NCBI GenBank assembly: GCA_963827275.1
Contig: CAWHAA010000007.1
Span: 1 to 64,000, forward strand
Reading direction: 5' to 3'
From: an uncultured Spirochaetota bacterium
GTDB lineage: Bacteria; Spirochaetota; UBA4802; UBA5550
DNA: 64,000 nt
This document shows, piece by piece, positions 30,333 to 40,374 of the stretch (positions are counted from its first letter, which is position 1; each line of letters starts with the position of its first letter). The position numbers and the translations under genes are program-made. The notes beneath the pieces are model-generated. The model was not told the origin of the DNA. It did no database searches and was given only the letters and a program-made list of their open reading frames with translations.

Positions 30333-30731
30333 TCACCCGCTTTTTCTGGAACAACGCCGCCTGGCCAGATCGCGAACATTGAGGACAATGCTCATCGTCG
30401 CGCAGAAGACGAAGACCGCCATCGTAACCGAGTCCACCATCCCCGGCGGAGTGTCGATGCCGGTGACCTCAAGGATAAGAAAATGGATATAGGAGTCGGA
30501 CATGATGGGGCGGCCCAGCGCCTCCCGCACCTTCCAGTGCCAGTCGGTGCAGAAGCAGTACCCCCAGCCGTAGCGGATCCCGAGCAGAAACCATGAGGAT
30601 GCGGTCAGAAGCACCGTCGCGAGGTGGAGCTTCCTTGTCCGCTTCCAGATCCACCCGGTCATATTGAAGATAGTGAAGGCGGTGTGAAAGCACAGGAAGA
30701 AATAATCGAGAAATTTCAGCACGACTGCCAT
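30333..30731 (-). CDS. DUF2784-family membrane protein
   Basis: FHTAFTIFNMTGW...YGWGYCFCTDWHW; GAGGAGG RBS before ATG30731. Confidence 0.75.
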   Translation of the reverse strand: MAVVLKFLDYFFLCFHTAFTIFNMTGWIWKRTRKLHLATVLLTASSWFLLGIRYGWGYCFCTDWHWKVREALGRPIMSDSYIHFLILEVTGIDTPPGMVDSVTMAVFVFCATMSIVLNVRDLARRRCSRKSG

Positions 30732-31022
30732 CCTCCTCTCCTCCTGATAACGCATGAACCGCCGTCTGTCAATTGTTTTCAGCGCGCCGCACGGGACCCG
30801 ACGGCACCACATGCACGCCGGATACGCCCGGGATAAAAAGTAGTTGATTTATTTGACGAATTTTAAACATTATTTTATGGTATATTCATGTTGTTGACAA
30901 GCTCTTGGGGCAATATACCAATCGCGCTGGCCGGGATGGCCGGGCGCCGCGCGGGACAGGACGTCCGATAGCGATCTTCGCGAACGCTCGCGATGACAGT
31001 TGATATGTCCGTTGCATAATTT

Positions 31023-33170
31023 ATGACAGAAGAAAAGAAAATCGTGAACATGACAATCCTGCCGCGCGGCGGCTACCTGGTGGATACGCCCATCGGGTAT
31101 ATCCAGTTCGGCTCTCCTCCCGAGACCATCAAGGACACCATGGGCATGCCCAAGGGCTCCCCGAAGATATTCGTGCTCACCGACGAGCTCTTCAACTGGT
31201 TCAAGGGGATCAGCATCGCCGAGATAGAATTTCCGATCTACTATAATTTCTTTTTAAAAAAATCGCGCACCATGGTCATATGCCGCGAGGGCCAGTTCGA
31301 GCAGATGAAGAAAGTCCTCCAGGAGGCCCTGTTCGGGCCGAAGGAATTTGACATCGGGGCCGATTATAATCCCGCCGGCGGCGCGCCGGCGCCCGACATC
31401 AGGCAGGAGATGGAATTTTTCAGGAGGAACCTGAAATTTTCCGACCTCATATCATTCGGGTTTTTCAAGAACGACCGCTTTACCTACCAGGGGATCACGG
31501 TCGAGATACAGCCAAACGGCGACTTCTCCGTGCGGGAGGGTGAACGCCTGATCGCCATGGTCCCCGCGCGGGTGGAATACAAGCCGACCTACCGGATCGG
31601 CAAGCGGCTTCCCGAGCCGTACAAGCCGCCGCTGTTCGGGGTCACCTGCCTCGGCCCGAGCCACGGGTTCGATCCGGCAGAGAACACCTCGGGGTTCATC
31701 ATCTGGCTGAACCACAGCGGCATCATGGTTGACCCGCCGGTCAACTCCACGGAGTGGCTCGTTGACTCGAACGTCAACCCGAAGCTGACGGACAGCATCA
31801 TCCTGACCCACTGCCATGCCGACCATGACGCGGGCACCTTCCAGAAGATCCTCCAGGAGAAGCGCGTCACCATCTACACCACCGAGACGGTGATGATGAG
31901 CTTCCTGAGAAAGTACTCCGCCCTGAGCAACATGCCGATCACCTACCTGATGCGGCTGTTCGACTTCCATCCCGTCAGGATCGGGAAGCCGACCTTCATC
32001 CACGGCGGAAGGTTCGACATGTTCTACACGCTCCATTCGATCCCCACGATAGGGTTCAAGATGGAGTTCCAGGACCAGACCTTCGTGTATTCGTCTGACC
32101 ATAACAATGACCCCGGCGTCCACCGCGAGCTGCTGGACGGGGGCTTTATAACCCCGGAACGGCACCGCGAGCTGGGCAGTTTCCCGTGGGACTCGAAGGT
32201 AATCTACCATGAGTCGGGCATCGCCCCGCTGCACACTCCCATCGCGATCCTGAACGCGCTGCCGAAGAAGATCAGGAAGAAGATCGTGGTGTACCACATC
32301 GCCAGGAAGGACTTCCCCGCGAAGACCGCGCTGACGCTCGCGAAGTTCGGCATGGAAAACACCCTCTATTTCAGGACGTCGCACCCGCGGTTCGAGACCG
32401 CCTACCAGATCATGGGCATCCTGAAAAACCTCGACTTTTTCGAGGCGCTGCCGATCTCCAAGGCCCAGGAGTTCCTGGACATTGTCGAGGAGGAGCGCTA
32501 TAAAAAGGGGGACGTGGTCATACGGAAGGGGAGCGCCGGGGACAAGTTCTATATCATCTATTCCGGCAACGTGTCGGTCGACAGCGGCGGGCTCGAGGAG
32601 AAAAAAATCTACGGCACCTTTGACTATTTCGGCGAGGTGGCCCTCGTCACCGACCAGGCCAGGGCCGCCGACGTCGTCGCGGAAACCGACCTGGTCGTTT
32701 ATTCGATAAGCAGGGAAAAATTCCAGAATTTCATCGTGGGCACCGAGTTCGAGAACACCCTGAACCGTCTCGCCCGCATACGCAACAGCGAGACCTGGAA
32801 CCTTCTTTCCTCGAGCAATTTTTTCCGGTACTGCACTTCTTCGCAGAAGACCTGGCTTGAGTCTATCTTCATTCCAATCGAGGTGAAGAAGCCCGGGGCC
32901 ATCATAAGCGAAGGGGACGACGTGCGGTACATCTACATTATCAGGAACGGCGAGGTCGAGGTCTCCAGGAAGGGGAAGGGGGTCGCGGTGCTGAAACGCG
33001 GCGATTTTATCGGATCGGTGCAGGGCCTCGGGCAAAACGAGCCGTCGGAGTACACCTTCTCGAACCGCGGGCCCGTGTCGCTCTACGGCATGGACAGCGC
33101 TGATATCAAGAGGTTCATTGAAAAAAACCCCGGCCTCCTCATGAAGCTGGTGTACAATTTTAAGCCATGA
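31023..33170 (+). CDS. Metallo-beta-lactamase-fold cyclic nucleotide phosphodiesterase with two C-terminal cNMP-binding domains
   Basis: THCHADHDAG (HxHxDH), TLHSIP, YSSDH; cNMP cassette FGEVALVTDQARAADV; second cNMP domain degenerate. Confidence 0.85.
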   Translation: MTEEKKIVNMTILPRGGYLVDTPIGYIQFGSPPETIKDTMGMPKGSPKIFVLTDELFNWFKGISIAEIEFPIYYNFFLKKSRTMVICREGQFEQMKKVLQEALFGPKEFDIGADYNPAGGAPAPDIRQEMEFFRRNLKFSDLISFGFFKNDRFTYQGITVEIQPNGDFSVREGERLIAMVPARVEYKPTYRIGKRLPEPYKPPLFGVTCLGPSHGFDPAENTSGFIIWLNHSGIMVDPPVNSTEWLVDSNVNPKLTDSIILTHCHADHDAGTFQKILQEKRVTIYTTETVMMSFLRKYSALSNMPITYLMRLFDFHPVRIGKPTFIHGGRFDMFYTLHSIPTIGFKMEFQDQTFVYSSDHNNDPGVHRELLDGGFITPERHRELGSFPWDSKVIYHESGIAPLHTPIAILNALPKKIRKKIVVYHIARKDFPAKTALTLAKFGMENTLYFRTSHPRFETAYQIMGILKNLDFFEALPISKAQEFLDIVEEERYKKGDVVIRKGSAGDKFYIIYSGNVSVDSGGLEEKKIYGTFDYFGEVALVTDQARAADVVAETDLVVYSISREKFQNFIVGTEFENTLNRLARIRNSETWNLLSSSNFFRYCTSSQKTWLESIFIPIEVKKPGAIISEGDDVRYIYIIRNGEVEVSRKGKGVAVLKRGDFIGSVQGLGQNEPSEYTFSNRGPVSLYGMDSADIKRFIEKNPGLLMKLVYNFKP

Positions 33171-33300
33171 CAGGCGCGGCCTCGCGGCCGCTTAAATTTA
33201 TCTTGACGAATCGGCCGGCGGACCATTAATTGCAGAAATTCAATAATAACGCCATGCACCCGGCCGGCACATCGTCCGGGTGCACTATTATAAACGGTAT

Positions 33301-34752
33301 ATGTTATTCAATTCAGTCACATTCCTGTTCTTTTTTCTCCCCATCACCCTGCTGATCTTTTTTTTCCTGAGGAACAGGCCGGCGGCGAGAAACGTGTTTC
33401 TCCTGGTCATGAGCCTTGTCTTCTACTACGCGGGGGAGAAGGCCTACACGCTGCTTCTGCTGGCCGTGTTTTTCATGAACTACGGGTTCGGGATCTGGAT
33501 ATCGCGCGCCGGCGAGAGGCGCAAGGCGGTGCTTGCCGTTTCCATTGTCTTCAACATGCTGCCGCTGGTCGTTTTTAAGTACACGAATTTTATTCTCGCG
33601 AACATCAATGAGCTGATAGAGCTGTTTGGCGGCACAGCGCTCCCCGTGCCGAAAATCCATCTTCCGATCGGGATATCGTTTTTCACCTTCGCGATGATTT
33701 CCTACGTCATGGACGTGTACCGGGGCAATGCGCCCGCCGCAAAGAGCCCGGTGCCGCTCGCTCTGTTCCTGACCCTCTGGCCCAAGATGCTGCAGGGGCC
33801 CATCACCCGCTACGCGACCGTCGCCCGCGACATGGTCGAGCGCCGCGTCACTACCGAGGATTTCATCTACGGGGTACGGCGGTTTGTCATCGGCCTCGGA
33901 AAAAAGATGATTATCGCGAACGCCATCAGCGGGACCGTGGAGCGCCTGTTCGCCACTCCGGCCAGCGAGCTTTCTGCCGCGGTCGCGTGGCTCGCGGTGT
34001 TTACCTATCTGATGCACCTGTACTACGATTTTTCCGGATATACTGACATGGCGATCGGTCTCGGGCGGATGATCGGGTTCAAGCTCCCCGAGAATTTCCG
34101 CTATCCCTTCGTGAGCACCTCGATGCGGGTGTTCTGGCAGCGGTGGCATATCACCCTCATGTCATGGTTCCGGGATTACGTGTATTTCCCGCTGGGCGGG
34201 AGCAGGGTCAACAGGGCGCGCCATTACGCGAACCTGGTGTTCGTGTTCGTCCTCACCGGCCTCTGGCACGGCTCAAGCTGGGGCTTCATCCTCTGGGGGC
34301 TGATGAACGGCCTGCTCCTGGTGCTCGAGCGTTTCCTGCCGGAGGATTTCTTCGACCGGCTCTGGCGCCCGGTCGGCATCGCGTACGTGAACCTCGCCTT
34401 CATGCTGCAGGCCGTCTTTTTCAGGTCGAGCACCATCGATTACGCCTTCAAGCTGTTCGCCGCGATGTTCGGCTTCAACGACGCCGGCGCGATTACCACC
34501 ACGATGTCGCTTGTCATGAACTCCGAGCTCGGCTTCGGGATTGCGCTCGGACTGGCGGGATACGCGCCGATCATCCCCGCCATGCGGGACCGTCTTGCCG
34601 CGTTTGTGGAGAAGCAGGAGGGGGCCGCCGGAACAATGGCACGCGCCGCGCACGGCGCCGTCATGGCGCTGATCTTCATCGGTATAATAATTCTATCATA
34701 CATGGCGGTGGCGAGCGAAACCTTTACACCGTTTGTGTACGGGCAATTCTAG
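33301..34752 (+). CDS. MBOAT O-acyltransferase (AlgI-like)
   Basis: Motifs MLFNS, LPIGISFFTF, DFSGYTDMAIG, FWQRWHITL and TGLWHG. Confidence 0.93.
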   Translation: MLFNSVTFLFFFLPITLLIFFFLRNRPAARNVFLLVMSLVFYYAGEKAYTLLLLAVFFMNYGFGIWISRAGERRKAVLAVSIVFNMLPLVVFKYTNFILANINELIELFGGTALPVPKIHLPIGISFFTFAMISYVMDVYRGNAPAAKSPVPLALFLTLWPKMLQGPITRYATVARDMVERRVTTEDFIYGVRRFVIGLGKKMIIANAISGTVERLFATPASELSAAVAWLAVFTYLMHLYYDFSGYTDMAIGLGRMIGFKLPENFRYPFVSTSMRVFWQRWHITLMSWFRDYVYFPLGGSRVNRARHYANLVFVFVLTGLWHGSSWGFILWGLMNGLLLVLERFLPEDFFDRLWRPVGIAYVNLAFMLQAVFFRSSTIDYAFKLFAAMFGFNDAGAITTTMSLVMNSELGFGIALGLAGYAPIIPAMRDRLAAFVEKQEGAAGTMARAAHGAVMALIFIGIIILSYMAVASETFTPFVYGQF

Positions 34753-34761
34753 GAGCATGGC

Positions 34762-35916
34762 ATGACGGGACACAGGTCCATATCCATAACCGGCATGGTG
34801 TTGGCGGTGATATTCCTCGCGAGCCTCTGGCTCCCGATGATTGATAATTGCTTCAACCTCTTTCCCTCGATAACCGGGAATGAAAAGAGCCAGTTGTCGA
34901 TGCTTCCCGAAATCGGGCCGGACCGGAAATCAGTGGTCGATTTTTATAATAAGTTCGTGAAATATTTTATCGATAATTTTGGTTTCCGTACTGCCCTGAT
35001 ACGCTGGAACAGCCTTCTGAAGCTCAAGCTGTTAAAGGTCGAGGAGTTCCCCAAGGTACTGGTCGGAAAGGATGACTGGCTCTACCTTATCAAAGATGAC
35101 GAAGGGAACAATGCGCTCGATTATTATCGCGTCACACGGCCCTTTGCCTCGGATAAAGAGATCGCCGTATGGGTACAGCCGCTGCTGGAGGTAAAGTCGC
35201 GGTGTGAAAAAAAAGGCGCCCGGTTCATCCTCGCGTTCGCCCCGATGAAGACCCGCATATATCCGGAATATATCCCCCGCCACCTGGAGCCGCTGAGGAG
35301 CAGGACCCGGCTTGACCAGGTCGTGGAGTACCTTGAAAAAAATACCGATCTCACCTGTGTGGACATGGGCCGTGCGGTCCTCGATGGGAAGAAAAATCAT
35401 GTTGTTTTTCTGAAGCACGATGTTCACTGGAACGGGTACGGGTCGTTTTACGCCTATACGATGCTTGCGGACTCACTGGCGCGGTTCTATCCGGGGATGG
35501 AACCCCGGGCCATGGATGATTACGCACTGGAAACCGGGGTGATCCAGGGGGGGGACCTGGCGTCAATGCTCGGGCTGAAAGACATGTTCTCGGAAACGGT
35601 ATACCTCTTGAAACCAAAGTTTGCTGAGCGGGCGAAGAGGGTCCCGGTGTCATATCCGGTGAAGAGCAGCAGGTTTTCCGATGCGTTTGAATCGCACGAC
35701 GCCACTCGTCCGCGCGCGCTCGTCTTTCATGATTCGTTCTTTAATTTTATCAAACCGTATCTCTCAGAGCATTTCAGCCGCATGGCGTGTTTCCAGAGCT
35801 ATAACCGCATTGATCTTACGCTCCTGGACAGGGAAAAGCCTGATGTCGTCATTTATGAGATGGCTGAGAGCTTTATCCAGAAATCTCCCGCGTATGTGAC
35901 TCTGCTGGGTAATTAA
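34762..35916 (+). CDS. AlgJ/AlgX-like O-acetyltransferase (SGNH-like)
   Basis: Motifs VLVGKDDWLY, APMKTRIYPEY, DVHWN, GDLASML and HDSF. Confidence 0.85.
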   Translation: MTGHRSISITGMVLAVIFLASLWLPMIDNCFNLFPSITGNEKSQLSMLPEIGPDRKSVVDFYNKFVKYFIDNFGFRTALIRWNSLLKLKLLKVEEFPKVLVGKDDWLYLIKDDEGNNALDYYRVTRPFASDKEIAVWVQPLLEVKSRCEKKGARFILAFAPMKTRIYPEYIPRHLEPLRSRTRLDQVVEYLEKNTDLTCVDMGRAVLDGKKNHVVFLKHDVHWNGYGSFYAYTMLADSLARFYPGMEPRAMDDYALETGVIQGGDLASMLGLKDMFSETVYLLKPKFAERAKRVPVSYPVKSSRFSDAFESHDATRPRALVFHDSFFNFIKPYLSEHFSRMACFQSYNRIDLTLLDREKPDVVIYEMAESFIQKSPAYVTLLGN

Positions 35917-36392
35917 TCCGGCAGAGGGCAGCCGGGATGATCGGCAGGGCTGTCCGGGAATATGTATTTTTCAATGTTTCGTGGGTATCCCCAGATGAAT
36001 TTCCAGCAGATTATGCTATCAATATATTCTTTGATAATAATATAATTTTTATACCGATTGTTATCGGTAATATTATTTTTTAATATAGAATTTAAGAATT
36101 TATTTACTGCATAAGCAAGAATCAACGAAACCGACATCTTAAGAAGCTTCCTCAAATCCAGAAAGAACTCATACTCATCCATGCGCATCCGCAGATGGAA
36201 CCTGTGCCAGTCCTCCGGCCTGCTTTTCTTTTGATAGCGGACCATCATGCCCAGGCGGCCTGGATCGGGGATTTCATTCATGGCATTTTTTAACAATAGT
36301 ATAATCATTTCCGATCGCGAAATCCTTTTTATGCTGGCCGCCCGGGCCAACTTTTCTAAAATTGAATTATGCAGATTCAACGTTGTTTCCAT
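35913..36392 (-). CDS. Hypothetical protein, possibly tandem ribbon-helix-helix / DUF1564-like
   Basis: Two RHH-like segments (TTLNL...ISRSEMI; RFHLRM...MSVSLIL); AT-rich. Confidence 0.5.
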   Translation of the reverse strand: METTLNLHNSILEKLARAASIKRISRSEMIILLLKNAMNEIPDPGRLGMMVRYQKKSRPEDWHRFHLRMRMDEYEFFLDLRKLLKMSVSLILAYAVNKFLNSILKNNITDNNRYKNYIIIKEYIDSIICWKFIWGYPRNIEKYIFPDSPADHPGCPLPD

Positions 36393-36568
36393 TCGTTCCC
36401 ACCATCCGGATTTAATGTATTGCTTCTGGTTATACGAATGGCAAGATGATAATGTTAAAAAAATTATTGTCTTACGGATTAGTGGCTTGATATTTCGGTA
36501 TCCGTATGGGCACTGTAGCAGCGGTCATTTGCCGGTAATCAAATTAATAGCTTATAGTGAGAATAGCG

Positions 36569-37702
36569 ATGTCAAAAGTTGCTCTGGTCCGCTGTGAAAC
36601 CTATGACTTGCGGGAGGTTCGGGAAGCAGTCAGAAGGGGCCTGGGTCTCCTGGGCGGCGCAGTGCGGTACGCGAAAAAGGGTCAGAAGCTGTTGCTCAAG
36701 CCGAATCTCCTCGTGGGGGACCTGCCGGAACGATGTGTGAATACGCACCCGTCTGTGTTCAGGGCCGTAGCAGAGGAATTTCTCGGCACCGGTGCCCTGG
36801 TCAGCTGGGGTGATTCCCCCGGATTCGGGAGTATGACAGGGGCGGCACGGAAGCCGGGGATCCTCGCTGCAGCACGGGAGCTGGGCCTGGCGGATGCGGA
36901 TTTCAGCACGCCTGTTGATCTGTTTTATGAAAGGGGCGGTCAGAACAGGAAATTTGTCATAGCTAAAGCGGTGGTTGATAATGATGTGATAATCAGCCTG
37001 CCAAAGCTTAAAACCCACGGCTTTGAAAAGTTGACCGGCGCTGTCAAGAACCAGTTCGGATGCGTTCCGGGAGTCAGGAAGGGGGAATATCATCTAAAGC
37101 TCCAGGACCACAACGATTTTGCGCGGATGCTGGTGGATCTGAACAACCTGGTCCACCCGGCCCTGTACATCATGGACGGCATCTGGGCCATGGAGGGGAA
37201 CGGCCCCCGCGGCGGTAGGCCGCGTAACATGAACGTGCTTCTTTTCTCTGAAGACCCGATCGCCCTCGATGCGACTGTATGCAGGCTGATATCAATCAAT
37301 CCCGAGTTTGTCCCGACAATACAATTGGGCAGCCGTGCCGGCGCGGGGTCATACAGGGCGGATGATATCGAGCTCCTCGGTGATGACCTTTCCGGTTTTA
37401 TACAACCCGGCTTCGATATTCATCGCGGACCCCTCAAGCCGTATCGGTCGAAGGGGATCGTCCGTTTTATTAATAACAGGCTCGTGCCGAAACCTTACAT
37501 CAAGAGAGATGCATGCATATCCTGCGGCTTGTGCGTTTCCATGTGCCCCACGAATCCTAAATCCGTAGATTGGGCCGGGGATGACATGAAACATCCGCCC
37601 GTGCATAATTATGCCACCTGTATCCGGTGCTATTGCTGTCAGGAGATCTGCCCGGAAAGCGCGATTGAGCTGAGCGTCCCATTGCTGAGAAGAATTTTTT
37701 AG
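36569..37702 (+). CDS. DUF362 domain protein with C-terminal 2x[4Fe-4S] ferredoxin
   Basis: Motifs LLKPNL, NTHP, LPKLKTH, GAVKNQFG, CISCGLCVSMCP and CIRCYCCQEICP. Confidence 0.9.
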   Translation: MSKVALVRCETYDLREVREAVRRGLGLLGGAVRYAKKGQKLLLKPNLLVGDLPERCVNTHPSVFRAVAEEFLGTGALVSWGDSPGFGSMTGAARKPGILAAARELGLADADFSTPVDLFYERGGQNRKFVIAKAVVDNDVIISLPKLKTHGFEKLTGAVKNQFGCVPGVRKGEYHLKLQDHNDFARMLVDLNNLVHPALYIMDGIWAMEGNGPRGGRPRNMNVLLFSEDPIALDATVCRLISINPEFVPTIQLGSRAGAGSYRADDIELLGDDLSGFIQPGFDIHRGPLKPYRSKGIVRFINNRLVPKPYIKRDACISCGLCVSMCPTNPKSVDWAGDDMKHPPVHNYATCIRCYCCQEICPESAIELSVPLLRRIF

Positions 37703-37950
37703 CCTGTACCGATAATTCATTTATTTCATTAAAGATATTATTTGAATAATGAAAAAAGCGGTTGACACAAATCTATTAACGGATAGTTTACTGAAAATTA
37801 ATTATACAGATTAAGTTAATATTAGTAACAAAATAGTTGTGATCAGTTAATTATTGTTGATTTTAAAATTAACATTGTATGTCGGATTATAAAAGGTCAT
37901 TTGATTCTATTGAAGACCTTAAATTATAAATATTGAGAAAAGCAACTATA

Positions 37951-38256
37951 ATGAAAATATTAAAACCTCTGATCTGCTGTACTGTCGTATTGATGCTCTC
38001 TTCCGCCTTCATTTCCTGCAAAAAGAAAGGTCCCACTGATTTATCCGAGCTTACCGTAATCGTGGCCTCGCAGAGCGGCAAAGATTACATGGATATTGTC
38101 CACAAGACACATGAACATGCCGGTATTGATTGTTACAAGTGCCATCACAAGTGGGAGAACCCCGACAGGATACGGAACTGCTCAAACTGCCATGTCGATG
38201 ATATCAAAAAGATAACAGGTGATAATTGCCTCAAGTGCCACGTGTCAAAAGACTGA
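37951..38256 (+). CDS. Class III (c3/c7-like) triheme cytochrome, lipoprotein
   Basis: HKTH, CYKCHH, CSNCH, CLKCH; lipobox AFISC. Confidence 0.85.
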   Translation: MKILKPLICCTVVLMLSSAFISCKKKGPTDLSELTVIVASQSGKDYMDIVHKTHEHAGIDCYKCHHKWENPDRIRNCSNCHVDDIKKITGDNCLKCHVSKD

Positions 38257-38284
38257 CGCCTGGTATTTGGTCTGCCATACTCAT

Positions 38285-38740
38285 ATGCGGAAAGTATTGA
38301 TCCTGGGAATCGGAAATACCCTGTGTGGTGATGATGGTCTCGGTGTGTACATCGTACAGCATATGGCGGAAACGGGAGTCCGCCTCCCGGATGGGGTTGA
38401 GCTCCTGGACGGCGGGACGGCGGGTTTCGACCTGCTCGGCCTGATCGACGGGTATGATAAGATAGTTATTGTCGATGCTCTCAGGGCGGATGATACACCG
38501 GGTAGCATTTACCGGTTCACCCCGGAACATGCCGTAGAACGCCGCGCTCAGTATTCCCTGCATGAAGTAGGCATCATGGAGGTGATCAGAACTCTCCGCA
38601 TTGCCGGCAGCGATCCGGAAATTGAATTTGTCGGGATTGTCCCGGAAAATATTCATGATCTTGAAATAACAATAAGCCAGGCAGTGAAGGGGGCCATCCC
38701 GCGGGCCATGAAAGTGATTATTGATGCCGCAACCCGGTAA
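38285..38740 (+). CDS. Hydrogenase maturation protease (HyaD/HupD family)
   Basis: Motifs LGIGNTLCGDDGLG, LLDGGT, IVDA and SLHE. Confidence 0.93.
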   Translation: MRKVLILGIGNTLCGDDGLGVYIVQHMAETGVRLPDGVELLDGGTAGFDLLGLIDGYDKIVIVDALRADDTPGSIYRFTPEHAVERRAQYSLHEVGIMEVIRTLRIAGSDPEIEFVGIVPENIHDLEITISQAVKGAIPRAMKVIIDAATR

Positions 38741-38882
38741 TTAAATAACAAATTATTTCAAATTCTAACACTTTTTATTGACAGTTATAGTGGTAATGCA
38801 ATAAATGTTACAATTCATTAAATCAATAAGTCAATTTTCAATTCAAATATAAGCGATTTTAGCAAAGCCATAATGAGAGATA

Positions 38883-39278
38883 GTGAGGTTTGATGTGAGA
38901 ACTACTACCTTGTTCCCCGCACTACTTGCCTTGCTTACTGTGATCATCGTTTCTGCCTGCAGCCTTGACCCATGGGTGACCGGGAAAGAATATCCTGACG
39001 TGGTGCCCATAACAAAAATCACGAAATTCGGGAAATCATCGGACGGGGCGTCTCCGATGAAAAGCAAGGTGGGAACGGTCATATTCTCGCATAAGACCCA
39101 TGAGAAAGAGGGATTGAAGTGTGTAGCATGTCATCATAAGACCGGGAACCCCGAGAGGATCAAGCAGTGCGCCTCCTGTCACATCGGCGATAACGGGTAT
39201 GTAACAATGCATGGCCTCTGCGTTGATTGCCACATCGCCAAAAAGGAAGGCCCTCAGGAGTGCAAACAATGCCACTGA
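38883..39278 (+). CDS. Tetraheme cytochrome c3-family protein, lipoprotein
   Basis: VIFSHKTH, CVACHH, CASCH, CVDCH, CKQCH; lipobox IVSAC. Confidence 0.88.
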   Translation: MRFDVRTTTLFPALLALLTVIIVSACSLDPWVTGKEYPDVVPITKITKFGKSSDGASPMKSKVGTVIFSHKTHEKEGLKCVACHHKTGNPERIKQCASCHIGDNGYVTMHGLCVDCHIAKKEGPQECKQCH

Positions 39279-39384
39279 TGTCGTGTACTATCGGAGATTA
39301 ATCATCCATGCAGTTCGGGATCGGTCATGCGTAGCGTGGGAGCGGTCCGTGCTGCCGCGATTCATAAAAAAGAGGAGGATGTGT

Positions 39385-40371
39385 ATGTCTTTTAACCGGA
39401 GAGACTTCTTGAAGTTGATGGGCGGGACCGCCGCGGCGTTCACCTTCCCCTCGGTCATACTGCAGGGATGCAAGAAGGCGCTGGATCAGGCGGCCGAGCG
39501 CACCCAGGTCATATGGATACAGGCCCAGTCCTGTTCGGGATGCTCTGTTTCGATCCTGAACAAGATGGATCCGGATATTGTTTCAGTTATCACTGAATAC
39601 ATAAGCCTGAACTTCCACCAGACCCTCATGGCGGGGACTGGCCACGTCGCGGTGAGCGTACTGGAAGAAGCGGTCAAGAAAAACAGGAAGGATTTTGTCC
39701 TTATCGTTGAAGGTTCCATCCCCACCAGGGACGACAACTACTGCACCATCGGCGAGATGGACGGCAGGGTGATCGGCGCGCGGGAGTGGATTGAAAAGCT
39801 CGCCTCCAACGCCAAGGCCCTTGTCGCCGTCGGCACCTGCGCGGCCTTCGGCGGCATACCCGCCGGTGAAATGAGGGACGGCACCGGTAACCCGACCGGG
39901 GCAATCAGCCTTGCACGGCTTGTGAAGGGCAAGACGGTTCTGAATATCCCGGGCTGCCCGCCCCATCCTGACTGGATGGTCGGCACATTGCTGCATCTGC
40001 TTCTGAAAGGCATGCCGGAGCTCGATGAATATAACAGGCCGCTGATGTACTACGGCACGACCGTGCACGAAAAGTGCGAGCGCCTGAGCGATTACAAGGC
40101 GGGCAGGTTCGCCAGGCAGTGGGGCGACGAGGGATGCCTCTACAATGTCGGCTGCCTCGGCATGGATTCCTGCTGCGATATCCCCGAGCGGAAATGGCTC
40201 GGCGGCGTCAATAGCTGCACCGGGTGCGGCGCCGGCTGCATCGGCTGCACCGAAGATGTGTTCCCGGATTTCGGCAGGCGGGGCGTGTTCAAGCATCTGA
40301 CCGCGCGCAATGAGAATCTCATCAGGCCGGAGCACCGGGTTCCGGTTTTTAATCACGGGAAGGAGGTGTAG
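39385..40371 (+). CDS. [NiFe] hydrogenase small subunit with Tat signal
   Basis: MSFNRRDFLK; CSGC, GTCAAFGG, IPGCPPHP, HEKC, CLYNVGC, CIGC; no C-terminal membrane anchor. Confidence 0.95.
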   Translation: MSFNRRDFLKLMGGTAAAFTFPSVILQGCKKALDQAAERTQVIWIQAQSCSGCSVSILNKMDPDIVSVITEYISLNFHQTLMAGTGHVAVSVLEEAVKKNRKDFVLIVEGSIPTRDDNYCTIGEMDGRVIGAREWIEKLASNAKALVAVGTCAAFGGIPAGEMRDGTGNPTGAISLARLVKGKTVLNIPGCPPHPDWMVGTLLHLLLKGMPELDEYNRPLMYYGTTVHEKCERLSDYKAGRFARQWGDEGCLYNVGCLGMDSCCDIPERKWLGGVNSCTGCGAGCIGCTEDVFPDFGRRGVFKHLTARNENLIRPEHRVPVFNHGKEV

Positions 40372-40374
40372 GAC

